Source: a virus
IMG/VR virus record: IMGVR_UViG_3300046698_000515
Coordinates: 1-64,000 of that record
Reading direction: 5' to 3' (one strand)
DNA length: 64,000 bases
Shown: positions 11,414 through 23,078 of the stretch, piece by piece
How the letters are laid out: each line of letters begins with the position of its first letter
Position numbering within the stretch: position 1 is the stretch's first letter
Translations under genes and position numbers: made by a program
Notes under the pieces: model-generated
The model's input: the letters and a program-made list of their open reading frames with translations, nothing else
The model's database searches: none
Told to the model about the DNA's origin: nothing

Positions 11414-12271
11414 ATGCGCACTCGTCGAGAAGAATCTGCAAATTATTCCTCTGTATTTATCAATGGCAAAACGCTTAGGTTTTGCATTGATCAAAGTAAA
11501 CCAATTACAGAATTAAAATTTCCGGAATTTTACGATGTGTCGTGCGGCAATAAATGTGAGACTGGAAAATGCTGTTACTGTTATGCTAGTGGAAATCCAA
11601 AAGGAACACATTATAACAATGTTGTTGAAAAAATAAAAACATATTTTGGTAAAATGTCTCTCAATGAGCGACCTTATCAAGTTGCAATTGGTGGTCAACA
11701 AGAGCCTATTGAACATCCAGAATTTGAAAATGTATTAAAAGCTTTTTGTGAATTAGATATTGTTCCAAATATCACTACTAATGGAGTATTAGTTGATCAA
11801 TCTATAGTTGACATCATTAAGAAATACTGTGGTGGTGTTGCAGTCACCCTACATCCACATCTTGAAGAACACTGGCGAAGAGCAATAAACATGTTCGTTC
11901 AAAACAACATTCGAACCAATATTCATATAATCGTATCAAACAATGAAACAATTGAAGCATTGAAGCGGATATACGCAGAGCTTAATGATAAAATTGAGTA
12001 TTATGTGTTGCTTCCGTATAAACCAGTTGGCTATGCTAAAAATAAACCGATTGCGATTGACTATGATAAATTAGAAGAATTTTTAGATTTGAATTTTAAT
12101 AATGCAAATATTGCATTAGGGGCTAACTTCTATGAATTTTTGACTAATAAGAGGAAGTGGAATGTGTCATTATACCCACCTGAAATTATGTCTAAGTATT
12201 TGGTGCTTGATGATAATTTGAGTTTGTATAATAATAGTTTTGACATGAAATTAGTGACAGGAAATATATGA
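11414..12271 (+). CDS. radical SAM protein
   Basis: CETGKCCYC (CX4CX2C), VAIGGQQEP (GGEP-like), ITTNG. Confidence 0.85.
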   Translation: MRTRREESANYSSVFINGKTLRFCIDQSKPITELKFPEFYDVSCGNKCETGKCCYCYASGNPKGTHYNNVVEKIKTYFGKMSLNERPYQVAIGGQQEPIEHPEFENVLKAFCELDIVPNITTNGVLVDQSIVDIIKKYCGGVAVTLHPHLEEHWRRAINMFVQNNIRTNIHIIVSNNETIEALKRIYAELNDKIEYYVLLPYKPVGYAKNKPIAIDYDKLEEFLDLNFNNANIALGANFYEFLTNKRKWNVSLYPPEIMSKYLVLDDNLSLYNNSFDMKLVTGNI

Positions 12272-12467
12272 ATTATACACTTAATGTTTGTGATAAAAAT
12301 ATTAAACCAAAACCAGGTTTTGGTAACTGTATTTTATCTCTTGAATTTCAGACTATAAGTCCATTTGAAGTTAAAAGGGTATTTGATACATTTTATCCAA
12401 AACCGAGATATAATGTTGAAATGGTAAAAGTTGATATGTCAAACAGACCATTAAATGGGTGGTAATA

Positions 12468-12745
12468 ATGTGTATTTTCTGTAAGAGGGATGTTAAGACA
12501 AGAGAACATCATATAATTCCTCGTTGTAAAGGCGGAACTAAGACTGTTCCTGCTTGTGAGAATTGTGAGAATTTTATTCACGCGACATGGAGTCACTTAC
12601 AATTACGTGATACGTATAAAACGTTGAAACAATTTTAACATCTCCTGAATTTCAAAAATTCTTGAAGTGGCTCTTAAAACAAAAAGAAACAACGTATTTC
12701 AGAAGTGATAAAAGTTGCAAACGTGATAAGTACAAATATCATTAA
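12468..12745 (+). pseudogene. small HNH protein interrupted by a frameshift
   Basis: MCIFC..HHIIPRCKGG..CENCENFIH, continuing in the -1 frame at about 12620 as NVETILTSPEFQKFLKWLLKQ. Confidence 0.6.
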
Positions 12746-13552
12746 GTTATGGCAAAAAAAGCTAAAAAAGGAAAAGAGGAATTGCAGACAACTAATTATT
12801 GGATAAGTCATACTGGAATTAAAGTTCATGGTGTAATAACTGATTTGAATGAAGCCGAACTTCCAACCAAGAGTTGGGTAACAGATAATCTTCCATTTGT
12901 TGTTCCTATTTCAAAAATTAATTTTCTACAAAGGTGTTCCGTTTCTATTTGTACTTACCCTATTGAAATTCTTTCAACTGATTCGTTACGAAATTTTCTG
13001 CTAAAAATTCTTAATACACCATGAAAACACCACAAAATGGAGACAAGTTAAGTAGGGAAGAAGTATTTAATTGGATTATAAAAAATCTAAATAAAGCAAA
13101 TACAAATAGTGAAAATGGCTACGATGAATTATGTGATTTATTTGAAGCTAGTTTTAGTTATTCCAATGACGTTAAAATTAGGTATTCTGGACCAAATAAA
13201 ATATTTGAAGTTTATGAAAATACAAATTATAATTAACACACTATGAATATTGAAGAAATTAATGCATTACTAACTAGTGAAAAACTATATTGTGGAAGAC
13301 TAATTTCAGCACATAAAACTAGTCCTAAAGGCCACGTTTGTGTGTTCAACGCAAACATTATAACTGAGTCAGCAGGTAAGATTTGGTTTGGTGATTTAGA
13401 TTTAACAAAAGAAGGAATTCTTCTTAAACAAATTTCAGAAGTGATTGGTGAACCATTATATGTTTTGAGAGAAATGGATGCTCGGTTTGGAACTGAAGAA
13501 AAATCCAGTTTGGAACTAATCAAAAAAGCAGTTTGGTCAACAAAGGAATAAT

Positions 13553-13828
13553 ATGATAAACCAAAAAGGTGTGCCTGCATTTCCGAGAAGCGTTAGGAAA
13601 TACTCTGCATTTCCGAAAAAACGTTCAGTACACCATAGATTTGATGTAGATAATTTAATACATGATCCTCCTCAAGATGGAATGGATTTACGTGATTGGT
13701 TTGCTGGTTATGCAACTGAACAAGATACGTACCGCTGGCAAACAGAGGGATTAACTATAGCGGTAACAAGAGAAGCTGCCAAATACCGATATGCTGATGC
13801 TATGATTGCTGAACGAGAAAGGAAATAA
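13553..13828 (+). CDS. conserved small phage protein (PAFP...GMDLRDWFA...YADAMIAER type)
   Basis: Motif pattern common in small phage proteins. Confidence 0.7.
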   Translation: MINQKGVPAFPRSVRKYSAFPKKRSVHHRFDVDNLIHDPPQDGMDLRDWFAGYATEQDTYRWQTEGLTIAVTREAAKYRYADAMIAERERK

Positions 13829-15200
13829 TATGGGTTGTAATAATTATACAATTGAATGTCCAAAATGTAAGGCTGTAATAGAAGCAGACGTTGACATTTC
13901 TGAGCACATAGTTGATTGGGCTGAGGAGTGTGAAGAGTGTGGTTATAAATTCACTCAAGATGAAGTGTTAAAAATTTATGATGATGCTCTCACTGATTGT
14001 TTGTCAAGTATGATTGATCATGCTCATGAAATGTCTAAAGATCGTTAAGAATAAAATTTATGAAAAACATTAAAAACACCACATTAGTATTATTAACTAT
14101 TATGATAGTTATTATAGGAGTAGTTGGAACGGGTTGTGAGGTAGTTGCTAATCCATATCCTCAACCATATTATTCTAATTATTATCCATACAATTACTAC
14201 CCTTATTACTACTATCCTCCTGTTTCAGTTAGGATTGATGGTGGATATCACGGCGGTTGGCGTCGCTAAAACAAATGCAAAATTCAAATGATCCATTACA
14301 AACAGTAGTTGAATCTTTTAAAAAGCTTGGTTGGATATCTCAAATTGAGCGTCTAGGTAGAGATGGTTTTGCAGTTAAAGATAGTGATAATAATGAAAAA
14401 TTTGATGTTTATTTTTATCGTGTTGGTAAACATCTTTCTCTTGAAGGTAAAGAAATAGCTGCAGCTATACAATTTAGCGTTTATGTTGTAATGCCTTGGA
14501 GCGAACAAATCAAAAATAACGAATTCAATATTCCTATTGATGATGTACCTATTGATAGTAATTTAGATGAACACGTTCAAACAATTGTTGATCAAATAAC
14601 AGCTTTTGTTCTTCCAGAACGTCCTACACCTTTAGAAGTTGAAAATTATAAATTTGACAAAAAAGCAGATCAAAAATATGATTTGTCTATATAAAAGATT
14701 ATCTTGATCTTTATACAATTTGTAGCTATAATTCTTATATGGAAATAGCATACAAAGAAAATGATACGGTATATTTTGTTATCCTTATAAAAGGTAGAGC
14801 ATCTTTACAAGGACAAGTATTCCGAAAGCCTTACTTTCTTGCTGTTGAAGGAAAAGTTGCATCAATTTATAAACCCACTAAAGTTAGTATTCCATTATTA
14901 TCAATACAGGTTCCAAAATGGCCATTAAGATATTTGATTGAACCTGAACATTGTTTTAAAACACAAGAAGATGCTAATAAGGTAGCAACCGAAAAAACGG
15001 CTAAATTAGGTTAATTTTATGAATAAAGAAATAATGAAAAAAGCTGGATTTAGTGAACACGTTAAACTAGTTGAAGAAGCGTGTTGTCCATTTTGTGGAA
15101 CAAACATTATTCTTGAAGAATTTCGCGATGAAATTTCACGTAGTGAATTTAAGATTAGTGGTTTATGCCAAAAGTGTCAAGATAAAGCATTTGGTACTTA

Positions 15201-15626
15201 TTAGTCGTCAGCAGTAAGGTACTTTTGAGCTCCACCTAAATTACCAAGTGCAAGACGAGGATCTTCTTCATGTAAATCATCAAACTCATTAATAGGATGG
15301 TAAGTTTTACGTTTATCATCCCATTTAAAGTTGGCAGAAACAATATAAGCATCTTCTGTAGTTGTTACATCAGGATTATCAATACTGATTTGCATAGTTA
15401 AATTAGGATCATTTTCACATGCAGCTTTTACTACATTACCCATTCTACCAATAATTCTATAGACAACATTTGTTTCGCCTGAATGAGGACCACCTTCGTA
15501 AATTTCTTTAACTTTAATAATAGTAGGAAGTACTGTAGTACCTTCTCCGTATGTTTCCGTTAATAAAATAGAGGGTTTAACATTAACATATGCTTTTGAT
15601 AAACCTTTGATATCACTATTAGTCAT
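15201..15626 (-). CDS. late-expressed hypothetical protein, possible virion cargo
   Basis: TATAAATA 5 nt upstream of the start; N-terminus MTNSDIKGLSKAY resembles the LIFEAY tag. Confidence 0.65.
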   Translation of the reverse strand: MTNSDIKGLSKAYVNVKPSILLTETYGEGTTVLPTIIKVKEIYEGGPHSGETNVVYRIIGRMGNVVKAACENDPNLTMQISIDNPDVTTTEDAYIVSANFKWDDKRKTYHPINEFDDLHEEDPRLALGNLGGAQKYLTADD

Positions 15627-15631
15627 GTAAT

Positions 15632-15639
15632 TATTTATA
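15632..15639 (-). promoter_or_regulatory. T4-type late promoter TATAAATA
   Basis: Exact T4 late consensus just upstream of the ATG; TAAATA cores recur before 17150, 32013, 35020, 46535, 52440, 61224 and 61329. Confidence 0.7.
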
Positions 15640-16023
15640 GAAAGTAGTGGAATTTTACATGATTTAATTTATTATGTTAGTATATGACATTGAAGAAATT
15701 TATTGAGAAGTATGAATTATCCGATTTTGTTTTAATTGATAAAATTCCTATCAAACATCCTGAAACAGGAGAAAAGATTTATATTGTTTCAAATTGGATG
15801 AGTGGATTTTGGTATAGGAAATTACCAAGCCAGAAAGAAGGACAAATGTGGCCTGTTCAATATCCTGGTGATTTGAATGACTTAGAAGTGCATAAGGATG
15901 CAAAGAAGGAATTAGAATTATGAATGAATGTAAAGATGGAATTTATCAAGTTACAACTTGTAACGAGAGTACAGATTGGGAAACTGGCGTACTAGATGAT
16001 TTAAAACTTATTCCTTTTACATT

Positions 16024-16461
16024 ATGAACTTTCACTCAGGCTATATTACAAAGAATCAAAAAAACGGAAAAACTATTTTTACTTTTGGAAGTAATTTAAG
16101 CGGAATTCATGGTAAAGGTTCTGCTTTAACAGCTAGAAAGCATTGGGGAGCTATATATGGTAGAGGTTCAGGTCATCAGGGACATTCTTATGCAATACCA
16201 ACTAAAGATCAAAAATTAAAAACATTACCTTTAAAGGATATACAGTACTATGTTGAACAGTTTATTGAACTTGCAACTACTAATCCTGATTTAAAATATC
16301 TAGTAGTAAGAATCGGTTGTATGCTTGCAGGATATAAAGATGAACAAATTGCTCCAATGTTTAAAGATGCTTCAGATAATGTTTATTTACCACCTGAATG
16401 GAAGCCTTATCTTCAACCTGAAAAAGTAGGCATAAACTTAATGTCTGATTTAATAGGTTAA
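16024..16461 (+). CDS. macro-domain-like phage protein (A1S_2505-like)
   Basis: IFTFGSNLSGIHGKGSA, SYAIPTK, RIGCMLAGY. Confidence 0.75.
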   Translation: MNFHSGYITKNQKNGKTIFTFGSNLSGIHGKGSALTARKHWGAIYGRGSGHQGHSYAIPTKDQKLKTLPLKDIQYYVEQFIELATTNPDLKYLVVRIGCMLAGYKDEQIAPMFKDASDNVYLPPEWKPYLQPEKVGINLMSDLIG

Positions 16462-17150
16462 TCACCTATTCGAATTCGATTGTGGAATTGAGCAGGAAGT
16501 TCTTTACCTGTTTTAGCTGCTCTTAATTTTTGATCTGCAGATCCATGTAAACCTTTTTTAATTTCAGGACTTGTATGTTGCATTCTTAATAATTTTTGAT
16601 CTACATGAGGGTGTGCTTCATAAGGAATACCCATAAAATCCCAATATGAAAAAAGAATTTTTTGATGTTCAATAAATTCAAATTTATATTGTTGAATATT
16701 TTGACCTAATGATTTAAATAATTCATGCAATTGTTTTGAATAACTTTGAACTGTACTCTGAGTATTCCAAAATGAAATTGTTTTAGAGTCAATCCACAAT
16801 CTACCACTTACATCAAAAAAATCATCACGTAAAATTTCAGGTTCTATTTCAATTTGTTTTGAGTTAACAACAGACCACGGACAATTTCTAATTCTACTAA
16901 ATAATATTTCTTTATTTGCCTCATAATCGCCTATTATTGTTACCCTTAATTTTTTAAGATTGTTTTTGTTTAAAGAATTTTGACGTGTTGTGAGATACAA
17001 ATCATTATACATATCAACATGTCTACCAATTTTTTGCCAAAAAGACAGGCCTTTAATTATTCCTATAGTTATAGCATGAATGCTTTTATAAACTTGCCCG
17101 TTTACTGCATCAGGAGATTCTTTAAGAAAATATTGTTTAAATGATAGCAT
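16458..17150 (-). CDS. probable internal head protein
   Basis: N-terminus MLSFKQYFLKE resembles the T4 capsid-targeting sequence; CATAAATA upstream. Confidence 0.55.
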   Translation of the reverse strand: MLSFKQYFLKESPDAVNGQVYKSIHAITIGIIKGLSFWQKIGRHVDMYNDLYLTTRQNSLNKNNLKKLRVTIIGDYEANKEILFSRIRNCPWSVVNSKQIEIEPEILRDDFFDVSGRLWIDSKTISFWNTQSTVQSYSKQLHELFKSLGQNIQQYKFEFIEHQKILFSYWDFMGIPYEAHPHVDQKLLRMQHTSPEIKKGLHGSADQKLRAAKTGKELPAQFHNRIRIGD

Positions 17151-17178
17151 TCCTAATTATTTATGATATATTTGATAC

Positions 17179-17634
17179 ATGAAACAATACATCTCATGGG
17201 AAGACATAGACCATTATTGTTATGAACTAGCTAAACAAATCAAGGCAAAAAGTAAAGGATATGATGTTATTATAGGTGTTGCTCGAGGTGGACTAATACC
17301 AGCAGTAATATTATCTCATTTGCTTGATATATCTTCTGTTATGTGCATCGGAACATCCTCTTATAGTAAAAATAATATACAACAAAAATTATACAACTAT
17401 CAAAATATTGCACCAGAATTACTTTTTGAAAAACGTGTTTTGATTGCGGACGACTTAGTTGACTCGGGTTTAACTTTAGATACTATCAAAAATTATTACA
17501 AAATTTTTGCAGATATTACTATAGATACAGCAGTTTTATTTAAAAAGGATTGCACAAAATTTAAACCTGATTTTTTTGTAAAAGACGTTAAAAAAGAAAC
17601 GTGGATTGTATTTCCTTATGAAAGAAAGAGATAG
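17179..17634 (+). CDS. type I purine phosphoribosyltransferase
   Basis: ARGGLIP, PRPP loop VLIADDLVDSGLT, WIVFPYE. Confidence 0.88.
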   Translation: MKQYISWEDIDHYCYELAKQIKAKSKGYDVIIGVARGGLIPAVILSHLLDISSVMCIGTSSYSKNNIQQKLYNYQNIAPELLFEKRVLIADDLVDSGLTLDTIKNYYKIFADITIDTAVLFKKDCTKFKPDFFVKDVKKETWIVFPYERKR

Positions 17635-17987
17635 CTTTTGTTTAATGAATAAATAGTAATGAATGTAAAGTTTTGATGATTACCAAAATTTTGTTGATTA
17701 CGTTAGAAAAAGTAGACTTGTAATGAAAGGTATTCTAACTGATACTAATCCTCCTGAATTACTTTTTGGTAGATCTGGTGAATATCATATTGATCTTGCT
17801 AAACGAACTTTTTCAGTTGCAAATATCTCAGAAAAAGATTATTTTATACAACATCATATTGTTGCTGTTATAGTAGAAGGTTCTACTGTATATGTTTACA
17901 CTCCAAATAATGTAAAATTGACATCTAATCAATTTGATTTTATGATGGAATGGTGTACTGAAAGAAATAAAATTTTATTACAAGCTT

Positions 17988-18431
17988 ATGGTACAAAAAC
18001 AAAAGAAATTTTTAAACCACATAATTATGTGGAAGAAAAATGTAAACCTGAAATTTTGGTTTAGTCTTTTTATTATAGGACTATTCTTACCTCTTCATGC
18101 TGATATAATAAAAGATCAAGATGCAGTACGTGCAATTATAGGTGAAGCTGCTAATCAAGGATATACTGGTATGCTTGCAGTTGCGAGTGCTATTCATAAT
18201 CGTAAAACTTTAAAAGGAGTATACGGATTTAAATCTTCAATGCCTGATACTCAACCAACATATGTTTGGACAATGGCAAAAAAAGCTTGGAAAGAAGGAC
18301 AAATAAACGATAAGACAAATGGTGCTACCAATTGGGTGAATGAAAAAGAGATTGGTAAGCCGTGGTGGGCAAAAGATATGATACAAACAGTTACTATTAA
18401 GGATCATGTTTTTTATCGAAAGAAGCCTTGA
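17988..18431 (+). CDS. SleB/Hydrolase_2 cell-wall hydrolase
   Basis: IIGEA..QG..GMLAVA..I.NR, DKTNGAT, IKDHVFY; hydrophobic N-terminal segment. Confidence 0.8.
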   Translation: MVQKQKKFLNHIIMWKKNVNLKFWFSLFIIGLFLPLHADIIKDQDAVRAIIGEAANQGYTGMLAVASAIHNRKTLKGVYGFKSSMPDTQPTYVWTMAKKAWKEGQINDKTNGATNWVNEKEIGKPWWAKDMIQTVTIKDHVFYRKKP

Positions 18432-18488
18432 ATATTATACTAAATTATCATATAATATTCTCATATTCAATAACACTTATTAAAAAAT

Positions 18489-19022
18489 ATGCCTAAAATA
18501 TGTAAAAAAGGTGTAAAAATTGCGTGCATCATAACTGGAAAAACAACGTATTTCGCAGAAATGTTTTTAGAAAAGAAAAGAGCAAAATATGGTAGCGTTG
18601 ATGAATTTGCAAAATGGTTTGTTTGTAACGAAGCAAAGCGTATGCTTCGTAAGGGAATGACTGTTGATGAAATTCGTGCAGAGTTAAAATGTGATCCAAA
18701 TTTACCAAAAGTTGATATTGAAATACTATACCGTAAAAAATTACTCAAGAAAAAGAAAGACAGAGGAGGTAGCGGAAAAATTTTCTCAGAAGAAGAAAAG
18801 CAAAAACTTACAGAAGAACAAGCTAAAAAAATACTTGATTATCAAAGTGATGTTAAAGCATATGGTGCTCAAGGAGCATGGATTCGTGAACACACATATA
18901 CTTCTAATGGTATTGGTGTTTGCTTAAGGCCTGATATTTATCTTAATAATGATGAAACTTGTGGACTATGTGAGTATTATGAATTTTGTTTATGTCGTAT
19001 TTGGAACCGAAGGAAAAAATAA
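18489..19022 (+). CDS. CIITGK-family hypothetical protein, paralog of 19325-19669
   Basis: Shared CIITGK...VC.EAK....G.TVDEIR. Confidence 0.7.
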   Translation: MPKICKKGVKIACIITGKTTYFAEMFLEKKRAKYGSVDEFAKWFVCNEAKRMLRKGMTVDEIRAELKCDPNLPKVDIEILYRKKLLKKKKDRGGSGKIFSEEEKQKLTEEQAKKILDYQSDVKAYGAQGAWIREHTYTSNGIGVCLRPDIYLNNDETCGLCEYYEFCLCRIWNRRKK

Positions 19023-19324
19023 TGAAATTACCAATGGATTTAACAGATAAAAAGTTAGATCTCACTCAGTGTGATCCACCAGATAAGGTATTAGACATCT
19101 TAAACGAAGTGATGGTAGGCCAAAAAACCTGCAGAAAAGCGTGGCATGACATTGATGCAGTATATGCTTTTTACAAAGCAAATGATCTCGAAGCAATTTT
19201 TTGTGTTGCCTTATTAAACGCGTTAGATACACGTCAAGTACAAAAAGTGTTAGAATGCTATATTAAATTGAGAGATGATGCACACAACACACTTGTTTCA
19301 ATAGGAAGAAGATAATTTAATTAC

Positions 19325-19669
19325 ATGGAAAAAGAAAAGAAGACAACACGGCTTTCCTGTATAATCACCGGAAAGACTCTTCTTGCTGCTGCAGAGTATT
19401 ATCAAAAAAAAGTCGCTCGCGCTGGTAGTGAAGAAATGCTTCATAAAACGTACGTTTGTAAAGAAGCAAAAGATTTATTGTTTCGTGGGCATACTGTTGA
19501 TGAAATTCGTAAGTTGTTAGGTAGTCAAATAACTATCTCAATTTCTGATGAAGTTATTAATCTTATTATCAATCAAAAAATGAAAAATCGAATTTTGTCA
19601 AAACCTCAGATTCCTGTTCATTATGAAACGGATAAAGATGTTGTCAAATTTCTCAATACTTTGAAATAA
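19325..19669 (+). CDS. CIITGK-family hypothetical protein
   Basis: Paralog of 18489-19022. Confidence 0.7.
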   Translation: MEKEKKTTRLSCIITGKTLLAAAEYYQKKVARAGSEEMLHKTYVCKEAKDLLFRGHTVDEIRKLLGSQITISISDEVINLIINQKMKNRILSKPQIPVHYETDKDVVKFLNTLK

Positions 19670-20165
19670 TACCCCCCCCCAATACAATAAATACTTGTAT
19701 AGTATGGAAAATCAGGGAAGTTGTACAACTCACAATAATTATGATAAATGTAAAGAAATTTTTTCTTCACATATAGATATGCTTAGTAACTCTGTTGATT
19801 TAAAACTTCAAGCATCTGATGTAGCAAACACTTTAAAACTGACAGCACTTGAAACTTTAATAAACATTAAAACTAAAAATTATGAAGATAATGCTGTACA
19901 GGCAGGAATAGCACTCGAAAAACGTTTAGAAATAATGAACAAATTTAGAGAAGCAATGAAAGATCAGTCAGTTACTTATATTCCTCGTAATGAATTTGTT
20001 CTTTTACATGATCGAGTTTTAGAAGATATACGAATACTTCGTGAATCTAAAGCTACATTAGAAGGTAAAGCATCCACTAATTCTGTTGTTGGTGTTTATA
20101 TTATTAGTATAATAGGCTTATTAGTTGCTGCACTTGATATTCTTTTACGTATATACGGGAAATAA

Positions 20166-20537
20166 ATGATTACACTTGATGCTATTACAACCTATTTATT
20201 AAATCCCTATACAGGAACAATTCTGTTTGTTATTGCGTTAGGCTACTTAGTTCGTGCAATGCCATTTATTACTAACAAATGGATTCCGTTTTTGGGTATT
20301 AGTTTCGGAAGTTTGTTCTTTTTAATTATTGCACCTATAACAATAAAACCAGACCCAGAACATTCTTGGAATTGGTATGTAATGATCTGGGGTATTGGTT
20401 TAATTCTATCTGCTTTCGCATGGTTGATTCATCTAATTGTAATTTCACGATTAGAAGATTATGTTCGTACAAAAATTCCTGCTGTAGATGTATGGTTTAG
20501 AAAGACTAGTGATTCATCATCTAAATCATCTTCTTAA
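20166..20537 (+). CDS. holin-like membrane protein
   Basis: Three hydrophobic segments, NKWIP motif, in a unit with a TAAATA late motif. Confidence 0.55.
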   Translation: MITLDAITTYLLNPYTGTILFVIALGYLVRAMPFITNKWIPFLGISFGSLFFLIIAPITIKPDPEHSWNWYVMIWGIGLILSAFAWLIHLIVISRLEDYVRTKIPAVDVWFRKTSDSSSKSSS

Positions 20538-21168
20538 TTATTTGTCAAAAGTAACACACTTGATACCTAAAAATTCTATGTTATTATGATCACATGGAAA
20601 TGGTAAAAATAGAACTATGTGAAGTGCCTGTTGCAATTGATAATTATCAGGCATATGATGAAAGACAGCTGCCAAAAATTCTCCTTGGATTTCAAATAAA
20701 AAATAAATTTGATGAAAATCGGCTTCAAATTAAACCTGAATATAATCCTAAACGTATAGTTCATTTTCGTAAATTTATTGAACTTGAACCAGTTTTCTTC
20801 TATGGTATAGAAATTGATGTTAAACAATATTATAAAGGATTTTTTAATTCACTAATAGGAATTAATTCTATTGAACTGTATCAGCATCAATTAAAACAAG
20901 TTGAACTTAGTTGTGATGATTGTTACCATTATTGTTGTGATGGAATATATCCAATAGATTTAAAACATCTTTCGAAAATAATAAACAACATTAGAAATTT
21001 TCCTATAAATGATCTCCCAAGCATGTTAGAAATAACAAAAGAGCAATGGTATCTCAATATTGGTGCTTTTGGTATTTATGTTCTTAGAACTTGCAAAACA
21101 TATAATAACAAAATTTAGTTGTAAAATAGTTTTTGTTTTGAAAATTTGTATTAAATATTTTTCTTAAT

Positions 21169-23028
21169 ATGATAAAAACAGAAACAATCCCTGTTGATTT
21201 TTCGCAAGAAATTTCAGATTTTGTATTCCATAGTAAATATGCTCGGTACAATGAAACTTACAATAGAAGAGAAACTTGGGATGAATGTGTAAATCGAGTA
21301 ACTCGAATGCATCTCGTAAAATATAAATTTTTACCTCAGGAAGATTTAGATAAAGTAAAATGGGCATTTCAATTAGTAAAAGAGAAAAAGGTTGTCCCAT
21401 CGATGAGGAGCATGCAGTTTGGTGGTAAAGCTGTCGATGTTAAAAATGAAAGGCTTTATAATTGTTCTGTTCGAAATGTTGATAGTATTCGTTCGTTTGC
21501 TGAAATCTTTTTTATGCTTCTTTGTGGAAATGGTGTGGGGATGAATGTTACAGAACAATTTATTAATCGGCTCCCTCTTTTGGTTGATGCATCTGATAAG
21601 ACCGGAACAGTTACAACATATAGTGTGCAAGATAATATTGAAGGTTGGGCTGATAGTGTTGAAGCATTACTTTTATGTTATTTTCGAAATACAGCTTATA
21701 CAGGTAGAAAGATAATTTTTGACTACAGTAAGGTGAGACCAGAAGGTGCACCTGTTAAAACAGGTGGCGGAAAAGCTCCAGGATATAAAGGATTAAAACG
21801 TTCACATAAGAAAATAAAAGAACTTTTAGATCATATAATTGAGGAAGAAGGACAAACACGACTTAAACCTATTAACGCATATGATATCATAATGCATATG
21901 GCAGATGCCACACTTTCCGGAGGTATTAGGCGAAGTGCTTGTAGTATTGTTTTTAATAAACAGGATCAGGAAATGATGACTGCTAAAACATTTTCTGAAG
22001 TTGTAAAACACACTAAGTTTGTTTTTGATGATGATACTAAAAAATGGAACGGTAAAATTACATTAAAAAATAAAAAACGATATGAAGTTGAATTAACTGA
22101 TTTTGAATATAATGATAAAACTAACAAAAATAACTTATTAGATTATAACAGAATTTGCTGGATACATGTCAATCCACAAAGGGCTCGAAGTAATAATAGT
22201 GTTCTTCTTTTACGTAGTGAAGCTAAAAAAGAAGATATTGAAGAGATTGTAAATAATGCAAGAATTTATGGTGAACCTGGGGTAGCTTTTTGTAATGATT
22301 TGCGACAAAATTTTAACCCTTGTTTCGAAATAAATTTTTTGCCGATAACTTCTGATGGTGTATGTGGAGCTCAGTTTTGCAATTTATCAAGTATAAATGG
22401 AGCAAAAATAACATCACAAAAAGATTTTTTACAAGCAACTGAAGCAGCAACTATTATAGGAACTTTGCAAGCTGGTTATACAGATTTTAAATATTTAAGT
22501 CAAGCGGCAAAACAATTAACTGAAGAAGAAGCATTGCTTGGTGTTTCATTAACAGGATGGATGGATAGTCCGGATATTTTATTAAAGCCAGAAAATCAAA
22601 AAGAATCTGCTCAGCATGCCATTAAAACAAATGTTAAATGGGCTAAAAAAATTGGAATTAACCCTGCTGCACGTATTACATGTGTAAAACCAGAGGGTTG
22701 CCTTGTTCCTGAGACAAAAATTAAAACATCATGCGGAAATTTAACTTTAAAAGAAATTTTTGAGATTAATGATTATGATTTTGAACAAGTATTAAAGTAT
22801 AAAGATACCTTTTTACCTGTGAATGAGAAGATATTTATTTATAATAAAAATAATGACTTAGAATTAATAACTCAATTATATATTAATGGAAATTCTGAAA
22901 CAATTAACATTGAACTTGAAGACGGTTCTAATATCTGCTGTACAAAGGATCATCAATTTTTAACACAAAGAGGGTGGGTTAAAGCAAGTGATTTAACAAA
23001 TCAAGATGATATAAAACAAGGTAATTAG
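21169..23028 (+). CDS. nrdJ: class II (B12-dependent) ribonucleotide reductase, N-part plus N-intein
   Basis: RRETW, PSMRSMQFGG, YNC, GGIRRSA, NPCFEI, CNL; after TCVKPEG the intein starts CLVPETKI with block B CTKDHQFLT. Confidence 0.9.
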   Translation: MIKTETIPVDFSQEISDFVFHSKYARYNETYNRRETWDECVNRVTRMHLVKYKFLPQEDLDKVKWAFQLVKEKKVVPSMRSMQFGGKAVDVKNERLYNCSVRNVDSIRSFAEIFFMLLCGNGVGMNVTEQFINRLPLLVDASDKTGTVTTYSVQDNIEGWADSVEALLLCYFRNTAYTGRKIIFDYSKVRPEGAPVKTGGGKAPGYKGLKRSHKKIKELLDHIIEEEGQTRLKPINAYDIIMHMADATLSGGIRRSACSIVFNKQDQEMMTAKTFSEVVKHTKFVFDDDTKKWNGKITLKNKKRYEVELTDFEYNDKTNKNNLLDYNRICWIHVNPQRARSNNSVLLLRSEAKKEDIEEIVNNARIYGEPGVAFCNDLRQNFNPCFEINFLPITSDGVCGAQFCNLSSINGAKITSQKDFLQATEAATIIGTLQAGYTDFKYLSQAAKQLTEEEALLGVSLTGWMDSPDILLKPENQKESAQHAIKTNVKWAKKIGINPAARITCVKPEGCLVPETKIKTSCGNLTLKEIFEINDYDFEQVLKYKDTFLPVNEKIFIYNKNNDLELITQLYINGNSETINIELEDGSNICCTKDHQFLTQRGWVKASDLTNQDDIKQGN

Positions 23029-23078
23029 TTGTTACATGCTGGAAACCTACAATAAATAATATAAGTAATTGCGGGCTT

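Noticed and set aside
11414-12271. QueE for the deazaguanine pathway
   Set aside because: Lacks the QueE N-terminal QGEG and R..GC motifs and sits with the TNSS genes.
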